Origin: Octopus sinensis
Taxonomy: Eukaryota
Assembly: GCF_006345805.1 (NCBI RefSeq)
Contig: NC_043016.1
Coordinates: forward strand, 24,614,001 to 24,678,000
DNA: 64,000 nt
Direction: 5' to 3'
The notes beneath the pieces were generated by a model. That model saw only the letters and a list, made by a program, of their open reading frames with translations. It ran no database searches and was not told the DNA's origin. Position 1 is the stretch's first letter; each line of letters opens with the position of its first letter. Positions 24,612 through 43,153 of the stretch are shown piece after piece. A program made the position numbers and the translations under genes.

Positions 24612-25862
24612 TTGGGTGATCACATAAATAATGCAATTTTTTAAATACTTCTTTTATTTTTCAAAATTAAGATAAACAAAGTTCTTTTTTAATCTAAAAT
24701 TTATGCTCCTTCATTTTCTACAATGTTCTTCCATCTGTCTGATAGACTTGCAAGGCCCCTCTTCCAAAATTCGCTTGTCCGTGATGAAAAATACTCCTCC
24801 AGTACTCTTCTGACCTCATCTACAGAATTCATATTTTTTCTGTCCAAATGATTTTGAAGACTATGGAATGAATAATAATCAGATGGGGCAATGTCCAGCA
24901 AATATGGTGGGTGGGGTATTATTTCCCATTCAAACTGGTCTAGCCTTTGGAATGTCATCTTTGTTGTATGTAGCTGAGCATTATCCTGATGAAAGAATAC
25001 CTTTCATCTTGAAACCTAACATGGTTATTTTTCTTCTGATGCCAACTTAAGCTGCTCAAGCTGCTCACAGTAGATCTCCTTTGTTATCATTTGGTTTAGG
25101 TTTAAAAGTTGAAAGTGGACTAAACCTTTCATATCCCACCAAACAGATAACAATACATTATATGGGTGAAGACCTTCTTTAGCCTGGGTTGCTGGTGTTT
25201 CTCCTTTCCCTACACACTGTCTTCAGCCCTTGACATTTTTATAGAGAACCCATTTCTCATTACCAGTCACTATTTGGTCCAAAAAACATCATTCATAAGA
25301 TGTGACAGCAAGGGAGAGCACACATTCACTCTCAGCACATGATTAGACTCAGAAAGTTTGTGAGGAACCCATTCACCCAATTTGCTGACTTTTCCGATAC
25401 CATGCAAGTGTTGATGAATGGTTGAATGACCAAATCCAAGATTCTCTGCTAGTTCTTCACCAGTTACAATGGATTTTGTTCCACTAGGGTTTGCAGGACA
25501 TCCTGTCAAGATCTACAGATCTTCAAGGACAAGTCTTGTCTTCTAGGCTATAGTTTCTGGCTTGGAATTTCTGGAACCACTATTGACACTGTCTTATGCT
25601 TATTGTCCGATACCCATATACTGCATTAATATTTCTTGCACTTTCTGCTGTGTTGTTGCCTTTATTGAACTCATAAAGCAAAAGATGCCGAATATGTTCC
25701 TTTGTCATTTCCATTATAGCTTTGAAAAAATAATTGTTAAAATCGAACTGCACTCTCCAAAACTTGCACTAAGAATAAGCAGAAGGTAAAATTACTACCT
25801 GATAAAATGACTACCTTTTATAGAATGTTGATGCAGGTAGTTTATCCCGTCCCCCTCCAACA
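24612..25862 (-). mobile_element. Decayed mariner transposon
   Basis: Transposase motifs WVPHKL, VTGNEKW, HPPYLLDIAPSDY; TIR ttgggtgatcacataaataatgc at the left end, other TIR missing. Confidence 0.88.
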
Positions 25863-26844
25863 TATAAAAAAAAAACTCTTTTATAAGGTTATGTAAACGT
25901 AACTATAAATAATAGTTCATAATGAATTAGATTAAAAAAAAACTCTTGAACTGAAAAAACACTACCCAAAACTTGAACCATGCTTCCCTGACTGACATGA
26001 TAAAAGCACACAAAAGAAACTCTCTGACTTGGGTTTGTTTTGCTTTCAATTTCATTTACAGATTCTGCTTTTGTTACCAATGGTAACCGTGGATAGCTTA
26101 TGTTGCCATTGGACACAACATTACATTAGGCATCTTAATGTCATTACTTATGACTGAAAATACAGTGACCAAAAGTATTTTATTTATGTTTTTTTACTGT
26201 GTGACAGTTGACATAAGAATATGACTCATGTATTGGGTGTGGTACTAACCTGAATATCTTTATTGAAAATCATTGCTGCTACATGACATGTTTAAGCATT
26301 GTTTTCGGAATACGTGTATGTTCATGTGTGTGTATGTGTATGTGTGCACATGCACATATGAGTATGTGCATGTGTGTGTGCATGTTTCTCTGCCCGTTTA
26401 ATATATACAAATTGTATTACAGCAGGAAATATGAATTGTATTTTATATTATATTGTATTATAGAATCAACATTACACATACACAAACACACACACTTGCA
26501 CACACACACATATACATACATATATACATACATGCATACATATATGGATACATACAATACATTTATACATACAATTCATACATATAGCGGAGTAACGTCA
26601 TTCAGAAGCTAAAACAATTCAAAGCACATTGTAATCAGCATTGTATAACAACATCCAGTAGCCTGGTCAATATTGTGATATACATGTGTGTGTGTGTGCG
26701 TGTGTACACTGAGTTTTGGCTAAATATAATGATTTTTGTATCTTCTTTTCTCAGGTACTACTTGATGTGTTGGTGAATAGTCAACAGCATTGGAAAGCAT
26801 AAAGATTCAAGCCAGCTGTAGTTGACAGAAAGTTATCTGACATG

Positions 26845-27062
26845 GCAGCAAGCTGGCAGAAACATTAGCATGCCGGGCAAAATGCTTAGTGGTATTTCAT
26901 CTGTCACTATGTTCCGAGTTCAAATTCCGCCGAGGTAGACTTTGCTTCCATCCTTTCGGGGTCGATTAAATAAGTACCAGTTATGCACTGGGGTCAATAT
27001 AATCGACTTAATCCGTTTGTTTGTCCTCTCTGTGTTTAGCCCTTTGTGGGCAGTAAAGAAAT
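26845..27062 (+). mobile_element. SINE of a third family
   Basis: agctggcagaaacattagc..gagttcaaattccgccgagg..catcctttcggggtcgattaaataagtaccag; reverse copies at about 12690-12915, 36641-36790, 46955-47100, 47265-47480 and 60995-61190. Confidence 0.78.
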
Positions 27063-27388
27063 CAGAAAGTTAGCTGTCTGAATATTAGAAAAGAGTTACA
27101 TGTATTATGATGAGTTATGCCAGGTATCAAAAATGCTGACATCATGACTACTGTTCAATGCTCTGAGAGCACTGTAAAGATTGAAAGATGTGACATGGAC
27201 AGCTGCAACAGAGGCTACACCACTGTAACCAGCAGGTGTTCTGACTGCGTCTGCTTGCAGGAAATCAACCACACATCTCTGAACAGAACCTTAGGCTCAA
27301 TTCAGATGGTTGTGTGAAGTTGCTGGAGATTTTGGTCAGTCCCTAGTTGGAGAGAGTTGTTGCTAGAAGGTTACCTGAAATGTGAAGC

Positions 27389-27780
27389 ATGGTTCTTTCC
27401 TTCGTCAATCTTATGAAATTGCAAGCATGCACAAGGAAACAGAAAGATAAGGCCAATGACTTGTTTTCAGCCATGAATGAAGATGATACAAAAGCTACGA
27501 TTTTCTATTTGGCTAATCTGTTTTTGCATGTCAACCAACTGAATAAAACTTTGCAAGGCAGAATGACACTATTGTGGAATGTGTGGAAAAAATTCACACT
27601 TTTGGCAGCTGCACCTTCAGAAGAGGGAGTCTGCATTCTTTAGCAACCGAGCAAAACCCTCTCCTTCCTCTGATGTCATCACAAGCTGTACAAATCATTT
27701 GAAAGCTTAAGAGAAGATATCAACTGTTGGTTCAAGGATGTCATCAAAATAAAACCTCCAAAGTGGATTTCTGATTTCAG
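27389..27780 (+). mobile_element. hAT (Buster/SPIN-like) transposase remnant
   Basis: IFYLANLFLHVNQLNKTLQG resembles the conserved YLxDIFxxLNxLNxxLQG block. Confidence 0.6.
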
Positions 27781-27802
27781 GGTCCCAGAAAGATGACTCG
27801 TC

Positions 27803-28045
27803 ACATCCCTGGATATCTATGTGTGGCACCTCAAAGATGAAGGGAACCCATATGATATTAAATGGAAAATCTTAGATCGTCCAGGATCCTGCAAGCTCTG
27901 CATAACTGAGTGAGCTGGGATACTCAAAGACTCCCTGAAACCTGAATCACTGAATACACACCAAGAAATCTTCACACCATGCAAGCATTTCAAGTGCTAC
28001 CTGCTGCAAGCATGGGATTTCCTGTTTCCCCTTATGATCCAATAG
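27803..28045 (+). mobile_element. Penelope-like element, C-terminal fragment
   Basis: TSLDIYVWHLKDEGNPYDIKWKILDR..CKLCITE*..LNTHQEIFTPCKHF matches the W-x-LK / IKWKIL / CxLC / LN / C-x-H pattern at the end of Penelope GIY-YIG regions. Confidence 0.65.
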
Positions 28046-28599
28046 CAGCCCAAGGGATAGATCCCTTATCTCCCTCTCCCACCCCACAAATAGGTAGTCT
28101 AGGGGAGATAACCCATCCTCACTAATGCCAGACTATTCTTTGATGACTAAATGAGCAATAGCTGTAACAGGTTTCTACTTCCCAGAGGTGAAGAGTTAAA
28201 TTTGTAATACTCTATACTAGAACAGGAAACCTAATAGGTTGACTGATAGGGATATGGGTTTGAGCAGAGGAGCATGTGACATTGTACTTTCATCTTTGAA
28301 ATGCATTTTAAAATTTGGGTTGCATTTTAATGGAGGCTGTCATGGAAAAGTGCTTATGGTATCTTTATGAGTAGTTCTTTTCAAAGATAACAAAATGTAT
28401 TTCTTTGTCTGGTCGCATAAATAAGCAGAATTTTTGTTATTGATCACACAGCTGTCTACTAAGTGAGTATCCTCTTCAATGTAGATATGTAATAGATTAG
28501 AGTTGTGAGGAAAGTTTGGTGTGATGAGCCTATAATTCTTTGAAGAGGGCAGCTTGTGGTTATAATGAATTGTGACGTTTATGTGTTCATGTTGCACAG

Positions 28600-29082
28600 A
28601 ATGGAACAGATATGACATTAATACACAACAGATATGGTTTCAATGAAGATGATGCAACTGTCTGACCAGCAAGAGCTTCCGTGGACATTATTAAAAACAT
28701 GTTTACTGATATGTCATTTGCCTGCTAATAGAAATGACCTTTTGGTTAGTGATTATTTCCTTTGGGGCTATCTCAAAGAGAAAGTGTCCATCAATAAACG
28801 ACACATATTCACACTGGATAAACTGAAGGCTACTATTTGTTGTAGGAAATGACAGTAATTTCTCAAGACGTGGTGTGATATGCAATGTAGAACTTCAAGA
28901 TTAGGTTACAAATGTGTGTGTGTGTGTGTGTAAAACAATGGGAAGTATTTAGATAATGTTATTTCCAACACCAAATGAAACAGTTGTGTGTTTATAAATG
29001 ATACATTGTTCTGTACATTTAGACAATAAACTTTATTAATATCCTCTATATTTACCAACAATGTATTCATTTAAAAATTTCA
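28600..29082 (+). mobile_element. Tc1/mariner-superfamily transposase remnant
   Basis: PANRNDLLVSDYFLWGYLKEKV resembles WPxxSPDLxPxDFFLWGYLKxKV. Confidence 0.65.
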
Positions 29083-29172
29083 GTGTGTGTGTGTATGTGT
29101 GCATGCACATGTGCCTATGCATGTATATGTATATGTGTAAATGAGTCTATGTATATATATAGATGTGTATAC

Positions 29173-29204
<32 letters not shown>

Positions 29205-29219
29205 CTCTCTCTTTTTCTC

Positions 29220-29882
29220 TCTCTATATCTATACATATAAGTTTGACATGGGCGATTCTTTCTTGTCTTGTGATTCACGGTCAAATGGCTGGGTGGAATT
29301 GCGCGAAAAATAACACAGATGTGTAGAATGATCCAGTGCCGATGCTGGGCTTTGTATGTTTTTCATAGCTCCCATGGTTACCGAGATGATCTACTATAAC
29401 AATACCTGTGTTTATGAATGAGAAAGGAAGGAGTGATATAGAAATAAGGAAGGAAGGGATGATGTCATATTTTTTTCATAGCTCCCATGGTTACCAAGAT
29501 ATTCTAATATAATAATACTCTTGGGATGATGTTATACTTGGTAGTGGAATGATGAAAATTGTATGCTGAAAAATTAAATGAAACAGCGTTTCAACTCTGT
29601 GTAAGTATATGTGTGTGTATGTGAATGTGTGTGTGTGTGCATGGAAATGGGATGGTTCATTTTTGTTCACTTAGTATTTGGGTTTATTTTTTGATTTGGT
29701 TGAATCTTGGTTGGGTTTTTTTTTTTGTTGGTCAGTTATTTTTAGCGTTTTGACAGAAAAAAAGTCATTCTAAAATTGTTTTTTTAACGTAAGCGTGCCC
29801 AGACAAGTCGAATGCTTACACAGAGCAGGTTTTACAGCCACATCATCTAAACCAACCAGGTGAAACTGGGCTTAGCTGCTAG
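29220..29882 (+). mobile_element. Helitron-like non-autonomous element
   Basis: 5' tctatacatataa.., 3' degenerate hairpin then CTAG|T at 29879-29883; internal direct repeat at about 29359-29405 and 29471-29518. Confidence 0.5.
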
Positions 29883-29898
29883 TATACATATATATATA

Positions 29899-30891
29899 TA
29901 GGGTCATCCCATAAATAATGCAGTTTTTTTTTATACTTCTTTTATGTTTCAAAATTAAGATAAAGTTCTTTTTAAATCTAAAATATATGCTCCTTCATTT
30001 TCTACAATGCTCTTCCATCTATCAGGTAGACCTGCAAGGTCCCTCTTCCAAAATTCACTTGTCCATAATGAAAAATACTCTTCCAGTACTGTTCTGACCT
30101 CATCTACAGAATTCATATTTTTTCTGTCCAAATGATTTTGAAGACTGCAGAATAAATGATTATCAGATGGGGCAATGTCCAGCAGATATGGTGGGTGGGG
30201 CATCATTTCCCATTCTAATTGCTCCAGCCTTTGGAATGTCATCTTCACTGAATGTGGCTGAGCATTATCCTAATGGAAGAACACCTTTTATCTTGAAACC
30301 AAAGATGGTTGTTTTTCTTCATTCGTGAGACATGACAGCAAAGAAGAGCACACTTTCACTCTCTGCATGTGATTAGAAAGTTTGTGAGGAACCTATTGAC
30401 CGAATTGGCAGACTTTTCTGCTGGCATGCAGGTGTTGATGAATGGTTGAATGACCAAATCCAAGCTTCTCTGCTAGTTCCTCAACAGTTACAATGGGATT
30501 TTGTTCCACTAGTGTTTGCAGGATGTCCTCTTCAAGCTCTACAAATCTTCCAAAACGAGGCTCATCTTCTAGGCTATAGTTTCCAGACTGTAATTTCTAT
30601 AACCACCATTGAAATTGTCTTATGCTTATTGTCCGATACCTATATACTGCACTTTCTGATGCATTGTTGTCTTTATTGAACTCATAAAGCAAAATATACC
30701 GAATATGCTCCTTTGTTACTTCCATTATAGCTTTGAAAAAATAACTGTTAAAATCAAACTGCACTAAGAATAAGCACAAGGTAAAATTACTACCTTTTAT
30801 AGAATGTTGATGCAGGTAGTTTATCCCATCCCTCTCCAACTTTTAATTCATGCAATTGAAAAAACTGCATTGTTTATGGGATGACCCAATA
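29899..30891 (-). mobile_element. Internally deleted mariner, same family as 24612-25862, both TIRs present
   Basis: TIRs gggtcatcccataaataatgcagttttt / aaaaactgcattgtttatgggatgaccc; MEVTKEHIRYILLYEF start and HPPYLLDIAPSD motif. Confidence 0.9.
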
Positions 30892-31344
30892 TATAAATAT
30901 ATGTGTGTGTGTGTGTATGTGTGTATATATGTATCTATCCATATCTATATATATGTATGTGTGTGTGTATGTGTGTATATGTTTGCTTACCAACCACATG
31001 ATTTCGGGTTCAGTCCCATTGTGTGACACTTTGGGCAAGTGTCTTCTACTGTAGCCTCAGGCTGACCAAAGCCTTGTGAGTGGATTTGGTAGATGGAAGC
31101 TGAAAGAAGTCCGTAGTATATATATATGCATGTGTGTGTTTGTACCCAACAACATTGTTTGACAACTGATGCTAGTTTGTATACATCCCCGTAACTTAGC
31201 GGTTTAGCAAAAGAGAATGATAGAATAAGTACTAGGCTTACAAAGATAAGTCCTGGGGACAATTTGCTCGACTAATGGCAATGCTCCAGCTTGGCCACAG
31301 TCAAATGACTGAAAGAAGTAAAAGAATATATATATTTATATTAA

Positions 31345-31500
31345 GGGTATTACTATACATAACTGCTTCATGCTAGGAGGGGCTCTTAAAAGTCAAAACT
31401 ACCATATTAAACACATTGTGAACGGTACAATGTGTTTAATATGGTAGTTTTGACTTGAAGAGTCCCTCCTAGCATGAGGCATTTATGTATAGTAATGCCC
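31345..31500. mobile_element. Almost fully palindromic MITE flanked by TTAA (Kolobok-like ends)
   Basis: TTAA|gggtattactatacataa...acacattgt-gaacggt-acaatgtgt...ttatgtatagtaatgccc|TTAA. Confidence 0.75.
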
Positions 31501-31624
31501 TTAATATAAATAAATATATTTAAAGGGAATGATAAATAAATTTTTTCCATATAAGGTTTTTCACACTAACTACTTGATAATTTCTTATAAAGATTTTATC
31601 CTATTTTTAAATTGTATATATATA

Positions 31625-32666
31625 CTAGCAGTATCACCCGGTGTTGCTTGGGTTTGTTTCAAACCTTTAGAATTGGAATTTTTGAAAAGTAAAAATTTTG
31701 CATTTTACAACTTGTTATTCTCTTCAAGTGAACATTTTTCCAGTTGAAATACGCCAAAAAATGGTGACACAGCAGTCAAAAATCGTAAAAAATAGGGATT
31801 TTCATAGAAAAAAAGCACCTTTTTGATGTAAATAATTTTTGGTATTAACATGGTCCGATTTGAATTTTATCTTCTACAGAATGAAGAGCAAGCCTTCTTC
31901 TATCATACTCTCAATTTTGGTCAACTTGCGCTGCAGGGTCTCAAAGGAGATAGTGTTAGTTGAAGGCTACCAAAACTGCCACACACAGACAACTTCAGCT
32001 TTATAGATTTGCTACACACTACTTTCCATCCTTAATAATGAAACTTGGTAGATCCAAAAGTTAAACACACAGACACACAAGTTGAGTTTTATATATATAG
32101 ATTTCTTAACGGGGATTTCAGGGGAGAGTTTCAGGGAGTCACTGGCGATGTATCATGATGATCAAAAATCCAGCCTGCTAAAATTTGGTTAAAGTGATTC
32201 AAACTGCAGACTCAACGCAAAATGGTCACATTTAATTCAAAGCGTTAAAAATGTTATGAAAGCAATTGGTATGTGTTCACAAAGTCCAAACGATTAATAT
32301 GAAAAAACCCTCCAGGCTACATCCTGAAAATTCATTTCTTTGCTGAATTTCTACAATGTTTACGGCGATTCGTTTTTATATCTTGATTTTTTTATTTTTC
32401 ATGCAATTTACGCATGCTTGCATGCGTGGTGAACACAGTTCACATCTAACAGCTGACTGAGTAAATTCACTATTCAATGCATGGGATAAGGCCTAAACAA
32501 ACACATTATCGATTTTTGCACTTGCGAGATGAATTTCGGAACAGAAATAGCGCAGTTCAATTTTCATTCGCCTAAACTTTAAGTGACCCATTTTTTGTGG
32601 TTCTACGATTTGTTGGCTAGGAGGAGATGTGCCGGGAATTTAAACACACACAGATACACAAGTTGA

Positions 32667-32690
<24 letters not shown>
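31625..32690 (-). mobile_element. Cluster of Helitron-like elements
   Basis: CTAG|T end with hairpin at 31625-31655; three similar 5' termini on the minus strand (about 32007, 32101, 32675), the last two sharing ttaaacacacacaga(c/t)acacaagttgagttttatata. Confidence 0.6.
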
Positions 32691-32694
<4 letters not shown>

Positions 32695-32697
<3 letters not shown>

Positions 32698-33951
32698 GAG
32701 GGTGGGCTGAAAAGTTCATAGGCTGATTATGAAGGAGTAATGCTAGAGCTGTGAAATGTTGCATGCATTCATTTCAACTCTACTTATTAATAACTGCATA
32801 GTTTCTTACCTGATAAACTGATATCTGACTGTTCAAAGAAGACTTCAAAGGTAATGAGTAGTGACTCTTCTTGAAAATTGAGAAAAATCTAGCATTGTGG
32901 TGTTATCAAATGCTTGTAGAAAAAAGGTTTAATCTCCAAGGATATACATGCTAACATGGTTGCTACATTAGGGGATGACGCTCCTGCTTTATCAACCGTT
33001 CAAAAGTGGGCAGCTGAAATAAGGAGGGGAATAGAGAGTTTTGAAGATGACCCATTTTCTGGACGTCCTGCAACTACCACCATCGAGAAAAACATTGTGT
33101 TCACCACATGCTGATGGATGACAGGTGATTGACTATAAATCAAATAGCCAATGCTATTAGTATATCCCATGAGAGAGTTGGTAATATTCTGCACAACGAA
33201 TTTGGAATGATGAAGATATCTATTCAGTAGGCACCATGTCTTCTGACACCTGATCAAAAGCGCACCAGGCTCATCACATCACAACAGAATCTGACATTAT
33301 TTGAGGCAGATCCAGCTGGTTTTGTTCAAATGTATCTTAAGCCACAATGACTGTTGGATTCAACATTTTGAGCCAGAAACAAAGAGACAATCCATGCAGT
33401 GGAAACACTCCTCCTTACTTGCTCCAAAGAAGTTCAAGGTTGTTTCATCTGCAGGGAAGGTGATGACCTCAGTTATTTGGTATGCAAAAGGCATTGTGTT
33501 CATTGACTATCTTCAAAAGGCTCATACCATCAATGGAGAGTACTATGCTAACAAAAAGTTATCAAGACCACTCAGCCAGGAAAACTGACAAAAGGGGTCT
33601 TGTTTTATCAGAGCAGTGCTCCAGCACACAAGTCCTTGGTTTCAGTGGCTGTTGTACATAGCTGTGGTCTTCAACTGGTTGATCAGCTTTTCTTTTCTCC
33701 TGATTTGGCCCCCATCTGACTATCATGTTTTCCAATATAAAAAAAAACTCTTGGCTGGGAATCAATATTTCAATGATAATGACCTTTTTTGACCAACACG
33801 ATGAAAGCTTCTTCCCCAATGGAATCCAAGCACTGCAACACTAATGGAAAAAGTGTTATTGTAAGTGGGACTATGTTGAAAAATAAACCTCATTTGATTA
33901 CATTCTGAGAATATCTAGGTCAGACTATGAACTTTTCAGCCGACCCTTATA
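32695..33951 (+). mobile_element. Full-length decayed mariner (irritans/Himar-like)
   Basis: TIRs tatgagggtgggctgaaaagttcataggctga / tcagactatgaacttttcagccgacccttata; transposase fragments STVQKWAAE..EDDPFSGRP, PETKRQSMQW, SAGKVMTSVIW..IDYL, SPDLAP; inserted in a (TA)n run. Confidence 0.9.
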
Positions 33952-34177
33952 TGCATGTATGTATGTATACATGCATGAATGTGTGTGTTTGGGTTTTGAT
34001 ATTTCTGTTGATGATTCTAATACTATTATTAGCAATGGAGACAATGTTGATGGTGATAATAACAATTGTATTAATTATAACAATGAAATAAATGTTAGTA
34101 ATGTGACCACTCATTTTAATTGAAATGGAAATTTCAGTTGTCACATGAATAGCAGCATATCAATTGTTATTAATTCT

Positions 34178-34779
34178 CATCATCATCATTTAACGTCTGC
34201 TTTCCATGCTAGCATGGGTTTGACGATTTGACTGTGGTCTGGTGAACCAGACTCCAATCTGATCTGGCAGAGTTTCTACAGCTGGATGCCCTTCCTAACG
34301 CCAACCACTCTGAGAGTGTAGTGGGTGCTTTTACATGCCAGTTTGGTGGTACTGGCAATGGCCACACCCAAATGGTGCCTTTTATGTGCCACCCGCACAG
34401 GAGCCAGTCCAGCAGCACTGGCAACAACCTCACTCGAATATTTCACATACCATCAGCACAGGTGCTAGTAAGGCGATGTGGTAACAATCACACTTGAATG
34501 GTGTGCTTAACATGCCATCGGCACAAAGGCCAGCTTGTTGCTCTGGCAATGATCTCACTTGTATGGTACTCTTAGCGCTCCACCAGCAACGGATGCCAGT
34601 CACCAAATTTGATTTCGACTTTGATTTCACTTGCCTCAACTGGTCTTTGCAAGCAGAGTTTAGTGTCCAATGAAGAAAAGGCACGCACAAGCGGACTGGT
34701 TACATCCCTAGCATAGGCCACAAAGTTATGGTCATACTTGCGCTTGCTGAGTCTTCTGCAGCACAGCATATTTCCAGAG
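34178..34779 (-). mobile_element. Octopus-type SINE, longer copy
   Basis: catcatcatcatttaacgtc..gctggatgcccttcctaacgccaaccactc; reverse complement of the 12282-12511 family. Confidence 0.8.
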
Positions 34780-36513
34780 GTAGTTTGTGTAATGTGAATA
34801 GGAATAATAAAAATAAAAGGACTCACAATAATTGTAATTTAATATGGAATAAAAATGCACTAGTAGAGTACCTAATAGATGACCATTGAATGTTTAGTGC
34901 TTGAGGCAGAATATCATTTATAGATGCACTGTACATAATACACCAAAGTTCAACTGAATATATTTTGGATCTTTTATCAACTTTAAACAATGCTATTTAG
35001 CTTTCCATAGTTCATTTTCTCTGCAACACTTAAAACCGCCAATTCATTAGCAAATTATATAAAACAGTCTCAAGCACAATAACCTCTTATAACATTACAT
35101 TTATAACTGAAAGGCATTAGCAAGGTGGCTGAACTTTTACATGATCTCTGCAGTAAGAAGTCTAAGAAATATTAAGAGAGAATTGTCACAGTGTTTTGAT
35201 CTGACAGAGAGACATAATCACCTCTAGCAGGCATCACTTTTTAAAACATTCTCTTTTAACCATCAATCCATATGCTCCATCTATGTTAGATAATTGCTTA
35301 ACTTTACTTCAATATATATTTGCATAGCTTAGTCAATCTTTATCAAGATATGTTTGAATTTTTCTCTCTTCTCTTTCTCACTGTTCTGTATATCACTTTC
35401 AACTATTTTGATTTCACTTTTACTTCCAAGCCTTTATCATAGTTGTATCCAATTGCCTTTACACCTCCATCCTGTTTTCTTCAATAAAACATAAGTGCAA
35501 TAGTTCTAACTTAATGATCTGGGACCAAGAAAAGAAACTGTACACAGTTAACATTACATGTTAAAGAAAAAGAGAACATTTATGGTGAGCTAATGAGAAA
35601 TCAGTAGATACTCCATCCAGACTACAATTTTAGATTCTACCAATAATTATTGGAGCTTTTGATTACATGACAAACTGCTTTAGTATCAATCTTGAGAAGC
35701 TGGGGTTCACAAAACAAGAAGGAACATTATAGTGACAAGCTGTCAAATGTACCATCAAAATATGTAAAAATTCTTATGAAATTCAGAATACAATAAAGTC
35801 CTCAAATGCAATGCCATCCAAGCCAGCAGTTATGTATGTATGTGCACATACATACAGTCTATTTTCTAGGATAGAAACTGACTCTTTCTATACAGGTGAG
35901 GTCATTCAAAACATAAACCAAGTCTGTGTGTGTGTGTGCATATATATATATATATGAATCTTTTGTATTATGCTTAGAAGCAATGTACAGTAGCGGAATT
36001 TCTTTCTCTACTAGTAAGACATTCCCAAAAATGAACCAGTTGTGTGTGTGTATGTATATATATATATATTTTGTTTTTGGATTTGGTTTGCAAGTTTCTT
36101 TATATGAGTTCGTGTGTTAAAGCATATTGTTGTGTCTGGGGAGAGTCCTTCTCTTTTTGTGCCTTATAATTTAACACACTCACCAGTAAAATTTCCATTT
36201 ATTTATTTTTATTTTCCTAAAATTTTCGTTGCGGCTTGCAACCTTTTCAATAGTCTATATATATGTGTGTGTGTTTATATATATGCATGTGAGTGTATAT
36301 ATCATTGTTTAATGTCCACCTTCTATGGATGTTAAATGATGATGGTATATACACACACATATACATACATTCCCACTTAATGGCACCTAGGGCAAGAGTT
36401 TTCAACAACTGTCCCAGGCTAATCAACGCCTTGTGAATGGAAACTGAAAAAAGTCTGTCAATTTGTGTGTGTGTGTTTGTGTTTGTACCTTCTAGCCTCA
36501 ACATTGGCAGAGT

Positions 36514-36788
36514 TACAAGGGAGTGCTGAAAAGTTCCAAGCTGTAAGGGTATTGAGAAAGGCTTGGTTGACTGTATTTTCTTTTACTCAAAGCCAGGAAC
36601 TTTTCAGCACCCCTTATTATATATATATATATATATATTATTTCTTTAATGCCCACAAGGGGCTACACACAGAGGGGACAAACGGATTAAGTCGATTATA
36701 TCGACCCCAGTGCGTAACTGGTACTTATTTAATCGACCCCGAAAGGATGAAAGGCAAAGTTGACCTCGGCAGAATTTGAACTCAGAAC

Positions 36789-36829
<41 letters not shown>

Positions 36830-37043
36830 CACAAACTCACATATATGAGGGGTGCTGAAAAATTCCTGGTTTTAAGTTATCAGGAAAGGCCTGGTTGGAG
36901 GCCCAAGTTATTTTACAGAGCTTAGAAAAACTGAAGGACAGCTGTAGTATGTGAATCTGAGAGGGGAATATGTTGAATAAAATAATTGATCCCCCTGTAT
37001 TTTCTTTTACTCCAAGCCAGGAACTTTTCAGCATCCTCTTGTG
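36514..37043. mobile_element. Two mariner-derived MITEs flanking a SINE fragment and (TA)n
   Basis: TIRs gggggtgctgaaaa(g)ttcc / ggaacttttcagca(c/t)cc at 36514-36617 and 36843-37043. Confidence 0.7.
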
Positions 37044-38299
37044 TGAGTGACATCATTATACAAGCAAAGCCCCCTGTTTGCAGCTTCCATTGAAAACATT
37101 TAGTCGTGAGGAAAAAGGTCCAGATTGGTGACAGGAAAGGAATTTGGTCATAAAAATTTTGCCTCAACTAATTCCATCTGACCCATACATGGAAAACATC
37201 ATCATTTAACGTCTGCTTTCCATGCTGTGGATGTTAAAATGATGAGGAGGATATGCATACATGTACAACAGATGAGACAGACATAGTGGCTGTGTGGTAA
37301 GATGCTTGCTTTCCAACCACATGGTTCCAGGTTCAGTCCCACTGCATGGCACCTTGGGTAAATGTTTACAATAGCTTCCGGCTGACCAAAGCCTCCTCAG
37401 CAAAACACCTACCCTTTGGTAGATGGAAACTGAAAGAAGCCCTTTGTGTATATATATATATATATATTTATGTGTGCGTCTTTGTGTCTGTCCCCACACA
37501 TTCACCACTTGACAACTGGTGTTGTGTTTGCGGTTTGGCAAAAAGGACATAGAATAAGTACTAGGCATAAAAAAAAGTAAGAACTGAAGTTGATTTCATT
37601 CAACTAAAATACTCAAGGCAATGCTCCAGCATGGCCAACACCTACCCTGTCCTGGATTGGGGTGGGGTGTCTTGACTATCAAGTACTTGGTGAGCTGACT
37701 TGTGACAGTGTCATGAAAAAAAGCACCATGTACACTCTGCAAGGTGTTGGCTTTAGAAAAAGCACCCAGCTATGAAAACAATGCCACAGCAGATACAGCA
37801 GCTTTGGCTCATTAATTCCTGATGAACTGCCCAACTCATGCCAGTATAGAAAAAAAAAGGTGTTAAATGATGATTATATGTATATGTAAACATATACGTA
37901 TATACTCACAGACATATATATATATAATATAGATACACATATACATACATACATATAATGCATGAGGAGTGGATTGGCCAATTGACTGGAAGCTCTTGTA
38001 AACAGCTTTATCATAAGGTGTTAAATGGGATTTGCATCATATTAAATACATGTATACACATTGTAGTGTGTATACACACACATCAGGCTTCCATACAGTT
38101 TCCACCCACTGCATTTTATTTACACACATTAGCCCAAGCTTATAGAAAAAGACACTTTTGCCCAAGATAACACAAAAGTAGGATCAAACCTGAAACCAAA
38201 TGGTTAGCATAATGAACTTGTATTAAATGCAACTACACTTGTGTTTTTGGCATTGAGTAAACACAACATAGTGCAATATGTCTCCCATATAACACATTT

Positions 38300-43153
<4,854 letters not shown>

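Noticed and set aside
26283-26612. Cys/His/Tyr-rich ORFs here and at 29083, 47925, 55625 and similar
   Set aside because: Products of (TG)n/(CA)n/(TA)n microsatellites.
36215-36255. Hammerhead-ribozyme-like motif on the minus strand (ttgaaaag-gttgc..gcaac-gaaa)
   Set aside because: Core deviates from CUGANGA and stems I and III could not be formed by eye; other CTGATGA hits (5399, 53830, 57746) also lack the fold.
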